This document shows, piece by piece, positions 38,503 to 50,679 of a stretch of DNA of 64,000 nucleotides; position 1 is the stretch's first letter, and every line of letters starts with the position of its first letter. The notes under the pieces are model-generated. The model did not search any database, had not been told where the DNA came from, and was given only the letters and a program-made list of their open reading frames with translations. Source of the DNA: Takakia lepidozioides (taxonomy: Eukaryota > Plantae > Bryophyta). The position numbers were made by a program, and so were the translations under genes. The DNA lies in the NCBI GenBank assembly GCA_030704615.1, contig CM060734.1:14322001-14386000 (forward strand), in the 5' to 3' direction.

Positions 38503-38690
38503 AGGGTAAGCAACCCACGCTCGTTGCTCCACTGGTTCTCGCTCCGCCCTCGTGGCAAGGGGCTCACACCTGTGAAGCACCTCGCCTGGGTTGCTTACCC
38601 TGCGTAAAGAATTGAAAAAAATAAAAGTGCCTTGCCAGGCTGGCGAGTAGCGTAAGCCACTGCGCCGTAACGCTACTCGCCAGCCTGGCA
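38503..38690. repeat. Two adjacent inverted repeats (15-bp and 21-bp perfect arms)
   Basis: agggtaagcaaccca at 38503-38517 / 38587-38601; tgccaggctggcgagtagcgt at 38633-38653 / 38670-38690. Confidence 0.85.
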
Positions 38691-39001
38691 CTTTACTCCA
38701 CGAAATAAGCCCACTCGAAATACAAAGGAGTTCTTTTGGAAATTCCTTACGTTACGGAGAGCTCAATAATGCATTCAAAAGAAACACAAAAGAAAACTTG
38801 AGAGTGAGGTGGAAAGTTGGGGCAGAAAAAGCCAAAGAGAAATAGCGGAGGGGTGGGGCCTGCAGGCCGTGGACGTGCTCTGCAGGCGGCAGGGCCACGC
38901 TGCTCGCATACGACTTCACTAATCTCTGGCGGTGTGTCTCTTGGAGCCCCATCGCCCACGCACATGCGCGGAGGGCCAGGCAGGGTGTGGGGGATCAGAG
39001 A

Positions 39002-39378
39002 GCGAGGCGGACGAGCAACATCGTCTCTCCCAATGCGACTCTAGCCGTGCTTGCAGTCAACTCATGCGCTGGATTCATGTTTCATTGGCTGCTTTACGTC
39101 CTGATTTGGTAGTGCGGTTGTACTTTGTGGAACGACTGGCTTCTAGTAGATCACTCGCTGGAAGTTGGGGACTCTGCGGATGAAATTGCGAGGCAGACGA
39201 GCACCATCGTCTCTCCCAATGCGACTCTAGCCGTGCTTGCAGTCAACTCATGCGCTGGGATTCATGTTTCATTGGCTGCTTTACTTCCTGATTTGGTAGT
39301 GCGGTTGTACTTTGTGGAACGACTGGCTTCTAGTAGATCACTCGCTGGGAAGTTGGGGACTCTGCGGATGAAATTGCC
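39002..39378. repeat. Tandem duplication of about 188 bp
   Basis: gcgaggc.gacgagca..ctgcggatgaaattgc occurs twice. Confidence 0.9.
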
Positions 39379-40464
39379 AGTGGACTGGGTTGCAAACAAT
39401 GGCGGCTTGACTAGAAGTTCTGGAGGAAAGAGGGAGGCACCCTTACGTGTGACCGTATGAGTGAACAGGTCATATATTATGTGGCACGCGTGTGTGTAAT
39501 GTAGCGAGGCGATGCTGGGGTCCCACGCGTGCGGGGACGCGTAGGGACCTGCAAACCATCCAAGTGGTCCATATGGTCCAAGATGTTGAGAGTTAGTCCA
39601 GTGAAAAGTTTCTTTCCAGTGTTGGAGTTGAAAGTGGAGGGATTAAATTGCATACACCAACCTTCACATAGCGCGATTACGAACCTGAAATGACTTCCTT
39701 GAAGGTAGTATGCTTCAGTTTTTCTTCAGAAAGGTGATTGCATTTTTCAAATTACGCACTCCAACTGAGTCATCAGAGCAAAATCGGCTTAGTACTTAGT
39801 ACCCCCAAACTCTTGCTGCCTTTGGGCGACGAAAGGACACCGAAAAGTATCCATGGAAACTCCAACGGGTACTTGCCAGTAGCTCCTTGTGCACCACTCC
39901 TGGCATCTTGCATGTGTGTCTACATGCGGCAGCGCAGCTCGACTGGGGAACCCTTGTTTCTATGGGACCCAACAGACAAGTGTCAGAAAAGCAGTTTAGA
40001 GGTAGGCCCTAGCTTGTAAAGCAAGTACCCTCATCCTGCAAGGAATATGATAAGGAATTTAATAGTTGCCTACATCCCTCTCTCTTTCCATACCTACTCC
40101 ATGCATGAGCCTATTCTCGACGCAGGTGCAATCAAGCGTCGAGACTCCCGACGAACCCAATCACAGCTTTGCCCTGAATTTTGTTGAGGGATACCATAGT
40201 GAGGTCTCCGTATGCTGATGGCAACGTAACAGTGCATCGCGGACTGGACGTTGGGATGTATAGTCGTTGTCTCATGGTCTTGACCGCTGGCAAAGGAGGG
40301 AAGCCAACTGGCAATGGCAAAGCAATAATCGCAACTGGCAAGAGAATGTGCTGCCCAGGAGCACATTCCACGACCAGAACTACTTACAACTGTATGGAGG
40401 TGATGGCTTGTGGGGTACATTACCAGCTAGGGAATTCCAAAAAGGCCTTGATGTGAAATGCATC

Positions 40465-40680
40465 GCAATTCACTTGATCACCCCCTAAAAGTGCGCAATT
40501 CAAGTGAACTGCAAAAACTAGCTTGAAAACAACCCTAATCTGCAATTCAATTGAGTTGTCGGCACACAATTCAATTGAATTGCAAATTGATAATTCAATT
40601 GAATTGTTGACTACAATTCAAGTGAATTGTAAATCTGCAATTCAATTGAATTGTCAACTCGCAATTCAATTGAATTGTAA
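40465..40680. repeat. Array of the short palindrome CAATTCAATTGAATTG
   Basis: About 8 exact or near copies, with spacing of about 20-45 bp. Confidence 0.85.
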
Positions 40681-40974
40681 TCTATAATTTTTAACTTATT
40701 TATGTACATAATGTATAAATATGTATATATATTCAAGTTACTTATACACACTAAGTATAAGCTGAAAATACAGCTTGCCCGTCTATCTTGTGCCCGTGAG
40801 GAAATCGTGGAGTCGTGAAGGTCTAACGGAGCTGTTTATCGAAGGCGGTGAGTAGATTTGTAGCTTGATGTCATTCACTCTGGAGAATGAGTTCCTCAAC
40901 AATCTTACTTCAAACCCCTCCTGACTTGCCAAGGGAACCTCCTCGTGGCAACAGGAAAGAGACGAGGAGTATCC

Positions 40975-41335
40975 AGAAACAGGTCCAGATTCATCGAAGA
41001 GGACCGGATTTCAAGCTCCATATTACCTACGATGCCCTGTGGAAGGATAGCTACAACAAACCCATGGGTAGATGGTCAACTAGAAGCCGAAGCAGCAGCG
41101 GCACAATTGATAAAATCAGGCACTGCTAATCAAGGCATTCTTCAACACATTTCACCCTGTTTTTCCCTCTTATCAGAGTAGCAGAGGCAATTGAGCATAG
41201 GAACTAGTGTGATAAGTTGAGTTGGGTGTTTCATGGTCGGTCAATCCTCCATGGGTCATGACACAAGGTCACGGACAATGTGGTGAGGGCACCTTCTTCT
41301 TCGACCTATTTCAGCCTGTTTTGCCCTCTCATCAG
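40975..41335 (+). pseudogene. Degenerate PDF-motif segment paralogous to 28150-28295 and 21100-21220
   Basis: RRGPDFKLHITYDALWKDSYNKP/WVDGQLEAEAAAAQLIKSG; tgtggtgagggcaccttcttcttc is shared with 21160. Confidence 0.75.
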
Positions 41336-41919
41336 ACTCAGACCGTGTTTCAATCTCGGCCTACTCAGCTGCACCGTGATGGCTCTCATAGACCAATCCG
41401 ACATTACTGGACGGTTAAGTGGGTAGGCACATGTAATTGCAAGAGTGGGGCAGCCACTTTGCAATTATGATGAGATTAGCATCACCTAGTGGAGGAGCTG
41501 CCAATTCAATGGAAAGCCATAAAGAGCCGTCTATGGTGTTTAAGGGAAGGATCTTGAATGACCTCTTCATCAGCTGGGACAGTTTCCTTGAACTGAGAGG
41601 TGAGGAGGGGAAATCACACATATAGGACTCATAGTTTTTTAATACTATTCGTTAATTAGAGACAGCAGACTTCAAGCATAGCCTTAAAGGTGACATAAGT
41701 GTGCTCACCAACATATTAGTGTACATTGTCAAGATGTTGCACCTGCAGTTGCCACAGCAAAATCCCATCACCTATTCTCAGAATGTCCACATTATGTGGA
41801 TCATGGGGAATATCTCGTCTCACTACTAGATAGTCGTATTAATCCCTCGGTTCAATGTTAAAATGAGATGGTTGCAGCAACTTGCTTATGTGTGTGTGTT
41901 TGTCGGTTGAGGGGCACAG

Positions 41920-42711
41920 TTGTGGATTTGGTCTTGATCATGTCGGTCAACCCTGGGTTTGGAGGACAGAGCTTCATTGAGAGCCAAGTCACGAAGATTG
42001 CTGATCTCAAGAGATTATGTGCTGAGAAGGTAAATGAAACCTAGTTCTGCCTGATTTCAGGCTAGTAGCTATAAGGATGTCAGCTCCAATTGAGCGAGTG
42101 TGCACTTGAAGTTGATTTTGAATGTCTAGTATCTGGCACATTAATTTCCTTACACTGTACTTGTTACTACTGTGAATCAACAAACGGGTTATTGGACACA
42201 GGGGGTCAGCCCATGGATTGAGGTGGTGTCAGCCCCTCCAATGCGTACAAGGTGCACTCACACCCTCACTGAAGACAAGTGTGATAGAGCACTACTGTGG
42301 AATAAGCAGCTATGCCAAGGATACTAATGTTCTCTATGAATCATGACAAACCCCAAACAATACTTGAAGCCGACTGTCGGTGTGTCCTTGTTATAGGTGA
42401 TTGAGGCGGGAGCAAATGCACTAGTGGCAGGATCTGTTGTCTTTGGAGCTAAGAGCTATTCTGAAGGTTAGGATGGGCACATCCCAAGTGTTTGTGATTG
42501 ATTTTTTGCTTATATAGCTTCTTGAGAGTGCACCAGCATATTTAATCAATAACTTAATGTCAGTAACTACTGAGTTGTCTGTAGAAGTCTGCCTGCTATT
42601 GTTAAGTGTGGCAGGGGCTATCGTTCTATTTCAGACTATGGCATTCTGGCGACATGCACAGCGATGAAGGGTATCAAGACAAGCAAGAGGCCAGTGGCAG
42701 TGCCCGCGTAG
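41920..42711 (+). pseudogene. RPE: 3' four exons of plastid-type ribulose-phosphate 3-epimerase, with introns retained
   Basis: [29 protein letters not shown] | GVSPWIEV(deletion)VSPSNAYK | VIEAGANALVAGSVVFGAKSYSE | MKGIKTSKRPVAVPA*. The 5' exons were not found. Confidence 0.88.
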
Positions 42712-44634
42712 GAGGCCTCCTACCGTGGCTCAGGACACATGGTCGTACTGTATTAATAGGCAATTCAGTTTGATGAGTTGGGGCACCAAAATCAGTCTGT
42801 GGGAAGCCAAACCCATGCAAGTGCTAGGTATTTGGATGTATACTTTCGGCTCCTCTTGATCTGTGCGTACTTCAAGACTGGTTGATTCTCACCATGCGTT
42901 GCTGAAGAAGCCAAGCCCTCTATTTGACTAGCTGCTTGAGTTAAAAGAGTCTCCACCCAGGGTTTATCTACAAGTTAGGTCAACGGCTTCCGTTCCAAGC
43001 ATGTTGCTTATTGTGGGCCGTCTCTTAGCCATGATAAAATCTGAAAGTTTTTTATGCGAGCCTCTCAGGTCTGGATCCATCATCTGGAGTTGGAATGTGC
43101 TACAGATGGCGTGCGTCAGTTTTATTTCTCAAGAAGAATGTTGGTGGTATGTCCCAACAGGGCATGAATCTTTGAACCTGAGTTTCACCTGAATTTCATG
43201 CATCTTGTCGCAGTTGGACAACAACGAATCCTGTTCCTGCTTCTCTTTCTCACTGAAGTGCCTACTTGAGGTGTCTGCTACAAAAATACACATAATCCTT
43301 GTGGAATATTATGACCTTTTGAGTAGTAGCACTTTGAATATTTTGTAAACATGGTAGTCAGAATATCATGACTAGATCTGAACCTTTCCCAAAAAATATG
43401 ATTTAGGTCACACATATTTAGATGTGGTCTGCCCTCCAAAAAAAACATCATCCAGATCTTGCATTTTACTTTTCAACCCCCTCATTGATCCTATTTTCTG
43501 TTTTCGCAACTACTATTGAGCCATAGAACCATTTAACAAATGTGGGGGACGCAACAAGCTTCTTATGCCTCCTCGACCTTGGAAACTAGTTAGATTTTCA
43601 GTGGAACTACTTCACACAGTTGCTGCTCCTACCCTATCTTAAAAGAAAAAGTGGTAGTCACTGGCCCCTTCTCCCCATTTTCATTGCAAGGAAGTGTTGG
43701 TACTGCATACATATAAGCCAAGCTTGACTTCACCACATTGCTTGCCAGAAATCACACATTCACACGTGCACTCCAACAATCTTCTCTTGCTTTCTTTGGT
43801 TTTCATCTGCAAGTAGTATCTGGCCTTGGGACACAACCCCAGAGAACACAAATGATTTGTTCATCTTGAGAATTATCGAAAATAATATTGTTTCGATACC
43901 CTTACAAAGGTATCATGTTGAAGTTGGAATCTGTGTTCGATAGAGAGTTTAATAATCTTGTGCGTTGATACTCTTACAGTGGTATCATGTTTGGTATATG
44001 TACATAGCCATATTGGCACAATAAGTGCTTGGCAGTATGAAATTGGTTAGGGTTTTGCAGTGGTAAAAGTTGAAGTTGGAGCTTAAGGTGCCGATCAAGC
44101 TCACATGCACTACTTTCAAGAGAATCATGGCAGAATTTCACCAGCTGAGGGTCGAAAAAGTGTGTGCAAATTAAATCCTTCACGGAAAAGTGGCTGGATG
44201 AGAGGGAAGGGAATGGAAGTGGCTGAGTTACACGAGTTAAAAATCACTGAGAGACTGTGACAGGAATGGTAGAAATCCACTGCAAGGTCCAGGGAGCCAA
44301 TATCTGAATGTGCTTACTCATGGCCAGATCTCGTCATTTGGTGTTCCAAGAAGCCTGCCACAGTACACAACGCACCACCGCTCTACAGTTCTCCTGTTGC
44401 TGCAGTGTTCTCTCGCTACTTCTCCTCCTCCAACTGATCTGATCCTCCTCTGCCCTCTGCACCTCTGCCCTAAAAGCGCTTGGTGACTTCATGTCTCTCT
44501 CCCTCTCTCGCTCTCGCTCTCTCTCCCTCTCCTCTCGTGCTCACGCCTTACTACGGGCAAAGGATAGACGGGTAGTAAGAATAGACAATCTTGCTCACCA
44601 ATAACCACGATCTTGAAATAAAGCCAAAGCTTTT

Positions 44635-45390
44635 TACAAAGCAAAATCATCCGATGTTGTGCTTATCTCTACCATCATACCTAAGCATGTGCGCGAGTTT
44701 TTGGTGATGGCATTTGAGGGGAGGGAGAACCCAGTTGTTTGTCTCTCTCCTCCTTTAGATTCCGAGCTGTTTTCTCCAGCTCTTGGATTTTTGCGATGAG
44801 ATTGTCTACCTTTCGAATTCGTCAAGGAATCGAAATTGCCACCAAAGAAGTTTAGTATGCGCCTAGTCCGAGGTTCTCTAGAAGTTATCTGATGTATCTA
44901 CATGTCAACGTTGTCTCCTGACAGTGGATGCCTGCTACGACTTAGGTGATTATGCCAAACAACTCCCACAAAGGCAACGACGTGCAACTGGAGCAAGTGA
45001 TGCGAATTGGCACCAAGACTCTACGCTATGTAAAACACATGGAGGTGGAAATGTAATGGGATCTCATCCGATATACAAAGCAAAATCATCTGATGTTGTG
45101 CTTCTCCCTACCATCCTACCTGAGCATGTGCACGCGTTTTTCTGTGACGAAGAGTATTCGGGCCGATTGCAATTGCGTCGTTCTATGATAAAACTTTTCG
45201 AATTCGTCAAGGAATCGAAGATGCCACCAAATAAGTTTAGCATGCACCTAATCCGAGGTTCTCTAGAAGTTATCTGATGTATCTAGATGTCAACGTTGTC
45301 TCCTGACAGTGGATGTCTGCTACGACTTAGGTGATTATGTCAAACAACTCCCACAAATGCAATGACGTGCAACTGGAGTGCAACGACGTG
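44635..45390. repeat. Direct duplication of about 350 bp within a degenerate TE-like region
   Basis: acaaagcaaaatcatc...cgaggttctctagaagttatctgatg...aaacaactcccacaa at about 44636-44990 and 45075-45380. Confidence 0.8.
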
Positions 45391-46484
45391 CAATTGTATT
45401 GTATTCATTATTTGATTTGATGATTTGTTGATTTGAAGTTTGATTTGATGTTGATTTTGAAATAAGGCCAAAACTTTATACACCGAGTGATCTCCAACAA
45501 GAATGTTCTGCTTCAGTTTCTTCATCTGGGTGATAATAGCAGTCTATGTTTCTACTTGTTGTGCATCCTCATCAATTATTATGCAATTGAAGCTTCAACG
45601 ATCGTTGGCTCTCTATGGAGACAGTGCAAAAAAACAATGCAAACATTCTCCATGCATTCCATCTCCAACCATTCCAGTGATGAAGCTGCAAAAGGAGGGA
45701 GTATGCCATATGCAGGCTTTGAGCTGATCATAATTTCAAGAAATGTCTCTGTCAATTCAGAAAACAGCTCAGTGCCAGAACATCCTAGTTTTCCAAATCC
45801 ATTTTCGTCTTTGTTGTATTCCGGGGAAAACTTTACAGCGTCTTTACATTCCAGAGTCTGCTGAGGAAATCAGTTTATTCCATTCTTAAACCATATGCTT
45901 AATGACAACATGTGCAATGTGCATGCAAAATTTGGCAGTGAACAGACATCATCTGCATCCAAAACCATATTTTCTTCCCTCATTTGCACTCCAAGCGTAA
46001 GTTCTCTTTCAAGTTCATGCATTGTTGATGAGAATGTTGCTCATCTTTTACGACTTTGCATATGTAATCTGGACATACTTAAGCGCATGTGGACCAAATA
46101 TGAGCTTGAACCAAATTCATTCAATGGGTCATTCAAGTGTTGAACGCATCTAAGTGTTTTAGAGACAGAAAATTACGTTTTGTTTGTACATGATTTTATT
46201 TTATTTTCTGTTCTTAAACCATATGCTTAATGATAGCATATGCAATGTGCGTGAAAAATTTGAGAGTGAATAAAAACCATTTGGCCCCAAAACCATATTT
46301 TCTTCCCTCATTTGCACTCCAAAATTGAGTTGTCTTCAACTTCATGCACTCTTCATAGAGAGTTCTACAATAGTGAACGAAGAAAACACTTTTTAATTTT
46401 TAATTTTTTTTGGTCAAATCTTTTGCACGGATGTAGTAATGCAAGGGTCAAATTCACAAAACAAAACACAGCAAAAAATATATA

Positions 46485-46941
46485 TATTACGTAGCAGCAA
46501 TCCCCAATCCTAGGACCCCAGGCAAGAGGGTACTGCGACGCCCCAGCAGATCTGCGACTGCGGGGAATCGCAACCTCGCCATGGTGGCAATTCTGCGACG
46601 TCCGGACGTCGCAAACCCCAGCTTCAGTTGGCTCGGCCCTCCCCACGCGCCTAAGTGGGAGGGGGGGATTGTTGCGATTCCCGAGAGTCGCAGCCTTGCG
46701 GGAGCGTTGCAGAGGGTACATGCGACGCCAAGGCGTCGCAACCCCCAGCTCGCTAGCGGGTCATGCCCCAATTGCAGCGACGTGGCGGCAATGCAAGATG
46801 GCAAAGCGTCATCGGAGCGGCGTTGTGGCGACGCTCCGACGTCGCAATTCCCGGGCCGGGTGCTTGCGCGGCGCTGCAGTCGCAGGAGGGTCGGCGCTCC
46901 CGGGGTCCCGGCGTCGCTAACCCCCCCTAAACGTAGTAGTG
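46485..46941. mobile_element. GC-rich non-autonomous element with many TGCGAC/GTCGCA subrepeats, ending TAGTG (CACTA-like)
   Basis: Dense gcgac/gtcgc motifs occur on both strands; the right end reads ...acgtagtagtg. Confidence 0.4.
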
Positions 46942-47344
46942 AGTATGTCGGAGCCTCCTCCCTCCTCACCATGTGGAACGCATCCCGCTCCCTTGTCCCC
47001 GCTCCCCCTCGTCCTGTAGAACACAGCTTTGCTCCCCTGTTCTTGGTCCCCGCTCCCCTCCTCGCCCTGTGGAACATGGCTTGCTCCCTTGCTCCCAGTC
47101 CCCATTCCTTTCCTTGCTCCCCTGTCCCTCTATGAGGAGCAAGGATCGGGGAGCGGGAATATGGGAGCAAAATTGGAGAATGTCTAGAAACATGGTCCTA
47201 AAGGTGGGGAACATGAGGAGGGAACATGAGGTATGGAGCGCTCCCCACCAACAGGGGATGAGATTTCACCGGTAGTTTGTCGGGCCCCCTCCTAGAGCTC
47301 CGGCCAGCGGCCCCACCTCCTCACACGCTTGCCTTAGATAGAGA

Positions 47345-49005
47345 GAAAGAAAGAAAGAAAGAAAGAGAAGACTCCGGCTGAAGCCAGCATAACTAAGAGC
47401 CACTTCGCCTTACGGCTATAGCCCCATTTCGGGGGTGGGCCCTATAATGAAACAAGTGTCCAGGGGACATCGGGTAACCAGGGGGAAGTGGTATATAGGA
47501 TAGCGGTACCAGAAGTACCCTAGGGTACCCAGGGGTACCGAAGAGGGATTGGACTCAAGTTGCCGCTTATTGGTAATGATAGCTATTAGGGAGTGAAGCG
47601 CAGTGGATCGGGGGGAGAGGGATTTTTAGATTATCGTGTAACGCGTTTATACTGGCGGTATGGATACCACCTTTAGTTCCGACTGTGATGCTGATAGGGG
47701 TCCGGTGCGCCAACCACACTGGCGGATAGCGAGGATGAGGGGGCATATTTTTGTCGTTTCTCTAAGGTGGAGGGGGCTGGGTATCGGTCATGACAGTATG
47801 TGAATTCAACGAAGTGAATGCTGAGTTCTGGGGAAGGGGAAGTGGGTAGGGGGGCATTGATGGGTAAGCCTTGGACAAGTAGGATGTCTGGGCAGAGTCG
47901 GGAAGGGCAAGTGCAGGGTGAATGAAGACAAATACATGGGAGGATCCAGTGAGGGACAGTGTGGTCAGGGGGTCGGCCTTGGTAGGTACCAACATTGATG
48001 AGTGAGAACCATCTGGTTTCAGGTCGGGTCATGAGAAGTTTATGAATGTGCCAGACTGCGTGATTATGGCGAGTAATGCGGAGACCATGTATAACGGGGT
48101 GAGTACACTGACTGAGGGGGGGGGGGCCAGGTGTCACGTTTTAGATGTGTATGTGAGCATAATTTGAGTGTTTGTCGGATTTGCGCATGAGTGGTAGTAT
48201 TGGTGTGCTAGAAGTAGTTTGATAACTTATGGTGAAGCACTGTAGATTGTGTCCATTTTTGGATATGAGCTTTGGTGTGGCTAGTAGATGTTAAGGCTTG
48301 TTTGTAAGAATGGTTTGCAGGTTACGTATGGCCCTGGTGGTTGGGGGTTTTGGTACCAGAATGGGTGGGTATGAGCAATATGGATGGGGTCGGCCGTGGG
48401 ATCCAGTGGGGGTTTGGCGGCCCCCGACTGGGCAAGGAGGTATGCCTTATAGTTGCCGGTGATACCAGTGTGGGGGAGCAAACTTTGATCAAATGTATGG
48501 GGCGGTCAATGGAAACCGCACGGTTGATGATAGTTGTGATGAGGTTATGGTCTGGGTGATGGAGGTGGCAGGAAGGGCTGGAGAGGTGGTTGCGAAGAAG
48601 AAATAATAAAGTAAGGTTGTCTGTGAAAATGTAGAGGGGGGGGGGGGGGGGGGGGGACAGCTGGGAGAGTGCTTCAAAGATTGCCATAAGCTCAGCGCGT
48701 AATATAGTGGCGGGGCCCAGAAGTCTAAGAGCCACACCTTGGTTATTAGCAACATGATAAACACCGTAGCCAGCGTTAGAGCTGGATTGGGAGCCGTCTG
48801 TATAGTGGGAGTGGGAGGGAGAGAATTTGAGCGGCATGCGTTGATGGGAGACCGGTGGGTCAGTAGAGGGCAAGAGAGGGGCAGGAGAAGGGCGCGGTAG
48901 TGCCCTTATCCATGCCTTGCTTGGATTGACCTTGGGAAACAGGTTGGGTGAGGAGCTAGATGGAGTGGAGGGGTGAGGGTGTGGGGTGGGGAGAATGGAG
49001 ACTTT
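47345..49005 (-). mobile_element. 5'-truncated LINE with RNase H + Cys/His motif + restriction-like endonuclease (Dualen/RandI-like), (TTTC)n tail
   Basis: YTDGS..RAELMAI..FTD..KV.(S)HTGITGN (RNase H); C..C..RHNHAV; PDILLV..EFTYCHD..EK..KY (PD-(D/E)xK); a gaaa microsatellite at 47345-47365. Confidence 0.7.
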
Positions 49006-49019
49006 CATCCCCCATGTGC

Positions 49020-50676
49020 TTCAGAAACAGAAGGAAAAAAGAATCATGAGCACGCGAAGCGCAGTCCAACAGGTCCCAGAGTAATAGCAGATCCAACGGA
49101 ATTCATTCAACGGGTGAACGGAACGGATGGTTGCCCATCCAAATCATTTTTGTTTGCTTTCAAACTTTGCCAATATGTTCGGGACACCCTCTCACAGGTC
49201 CCTGACCAATACGAGATCAATCAAAATTCATTCGATGGCTGCACGGATGGTTGCCCTTCGAAATGATTTTGGTTCCCTTTGAGACTTGGCCAGTATGTTC
49301 AATGTACCATCTAAGAGGTCCCAGAGTGATATGAGATGAAACGAAATTTGTTCAATGGGCCAACGGATGGTTGCCCATCCAAATGATTTTTGTTCGCTTC
49401 AAGACTTGGCCAGCATGTTCAACGTACCATCTGACAGGTCCTAGAGCAATACGAGATCAATCGAAATTCGGTCAATGGGCCAATGAGGCGTTCACCTCTC
49501 ATCCAGTTTTTGTTCATTGCGAAAAAAAGAAATCCTACAATGCGTGCACGGCTATTGCACCCATTGAATGGATGTGGTTAAAGCCCATCTTTTGCCAGCA
49601 TCTGCTTCAACACGTGTGCGGCACATGTGCAGAGACACAACAGAAGACAAAATCATTTGCCTCCCCATCGACGCGCTCAGCCCTCAACCCATTCGAGAAT
49701 TTAATCGAATTTAAATGAATTTGAAGCTTGTAATTAGGTCAACGCCGTCTTTTCATTGGGGGTTTCTGCCACGTATCAATTTTATTTTTGGCTCAATTTT
49801 GTTCTGCGGCTTCAAACCTCCCACCGCTACATCCCTGCCAAAATTTGGACCAATAAAAAAGGATCCAAGAGAAGAGTGTTGGACATCTTCGCTCACTATT
49901 GCAGAACTCTCTATGAAGAGTGCGCGAAGTAGAACACAAATCAAGTTTGGAGTGCAAAACAGGGAAGAAGCTGTGGTTCTCGGTCTAAATGAATTTTGTT
50001 TCCCTCCCGAATTCGGCACGCACGTTGCATATGGAGTCATTACACATACGGTTCAGAAACAGAATGAATCATGAGCACGCGAAGCGCAGTCCAACAGGTC
50101 CCAGAGTAATAGCAGATCCAACGGAATTCATTCAACGGGTGAACGGAACGGATGGTTGCCCATCCAAATCATTTTTGTTTGCTTTCAAACTTTCCCAGTA
50201 TGTTCGGGACACCCTCTCACAGGCCCCCGACTAATACGAGATCAATCGAAATTCATTCGATGGCTGCACGGATGGTTGCCCTTCGAAATGATTTTGGTTC
50301 CCTTTGAGACTTGGCCAGTATGTTCAATGTACCATCTAAGAGGTCCCAGAGTGATATGAAATGAAACGAAATTTGTTCAATGGGCCAACGGATGGTTGCC
50401 TATCCAAATGATTTTCGTCGCTTCGAGACTTGGCCAGCATGTTCAACGTACCATCTGACAGGTCCTAGAGCAATACGAGATCAATCAAAATTTGTTCAAT
50501 GGGCCAATGAGGCGTTCACCTCTCATCCAATTTTTGTTCATTGCAAAAAAAGAAATCCTGCAATGCGTGCACGGCTATTGCACCCATTGAACGGATGTGG
50601 TTAAAGCCCATCTTTTGCCTGCATGTTCTTCAACACGTGTGCGGCACATGTGCAGAGACACAATACAAGACAAAAT
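49020..50676. repeat. Two direct copies of about 630 bp (1025-bp spacing), each built from four subunits of about 120 bp
   Basis: gaatcatgagcacgcgaagc occurs at 49041 and 50066; aggtcc subunit anchors are at 49071, 49196, 49316 and 49436. Confidence 0.9.
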
Positions 50677-50679
50677 TGT

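Noticed and set aside
39002-39378. Possible RPE N-terminal remnants (TIVSP, WIHV)
   Set aside because: Only short word matches with no consistent frame.
43000-46400. Possible degenerate transposase fragments
   Set aside because: I could not recover any diagnostic motif by eye.
46487-47275. Overlapping 100-227 aa ORFs
   Set aside because: They arise from GC-rich repetitive TE sequence and have no domain motifs.
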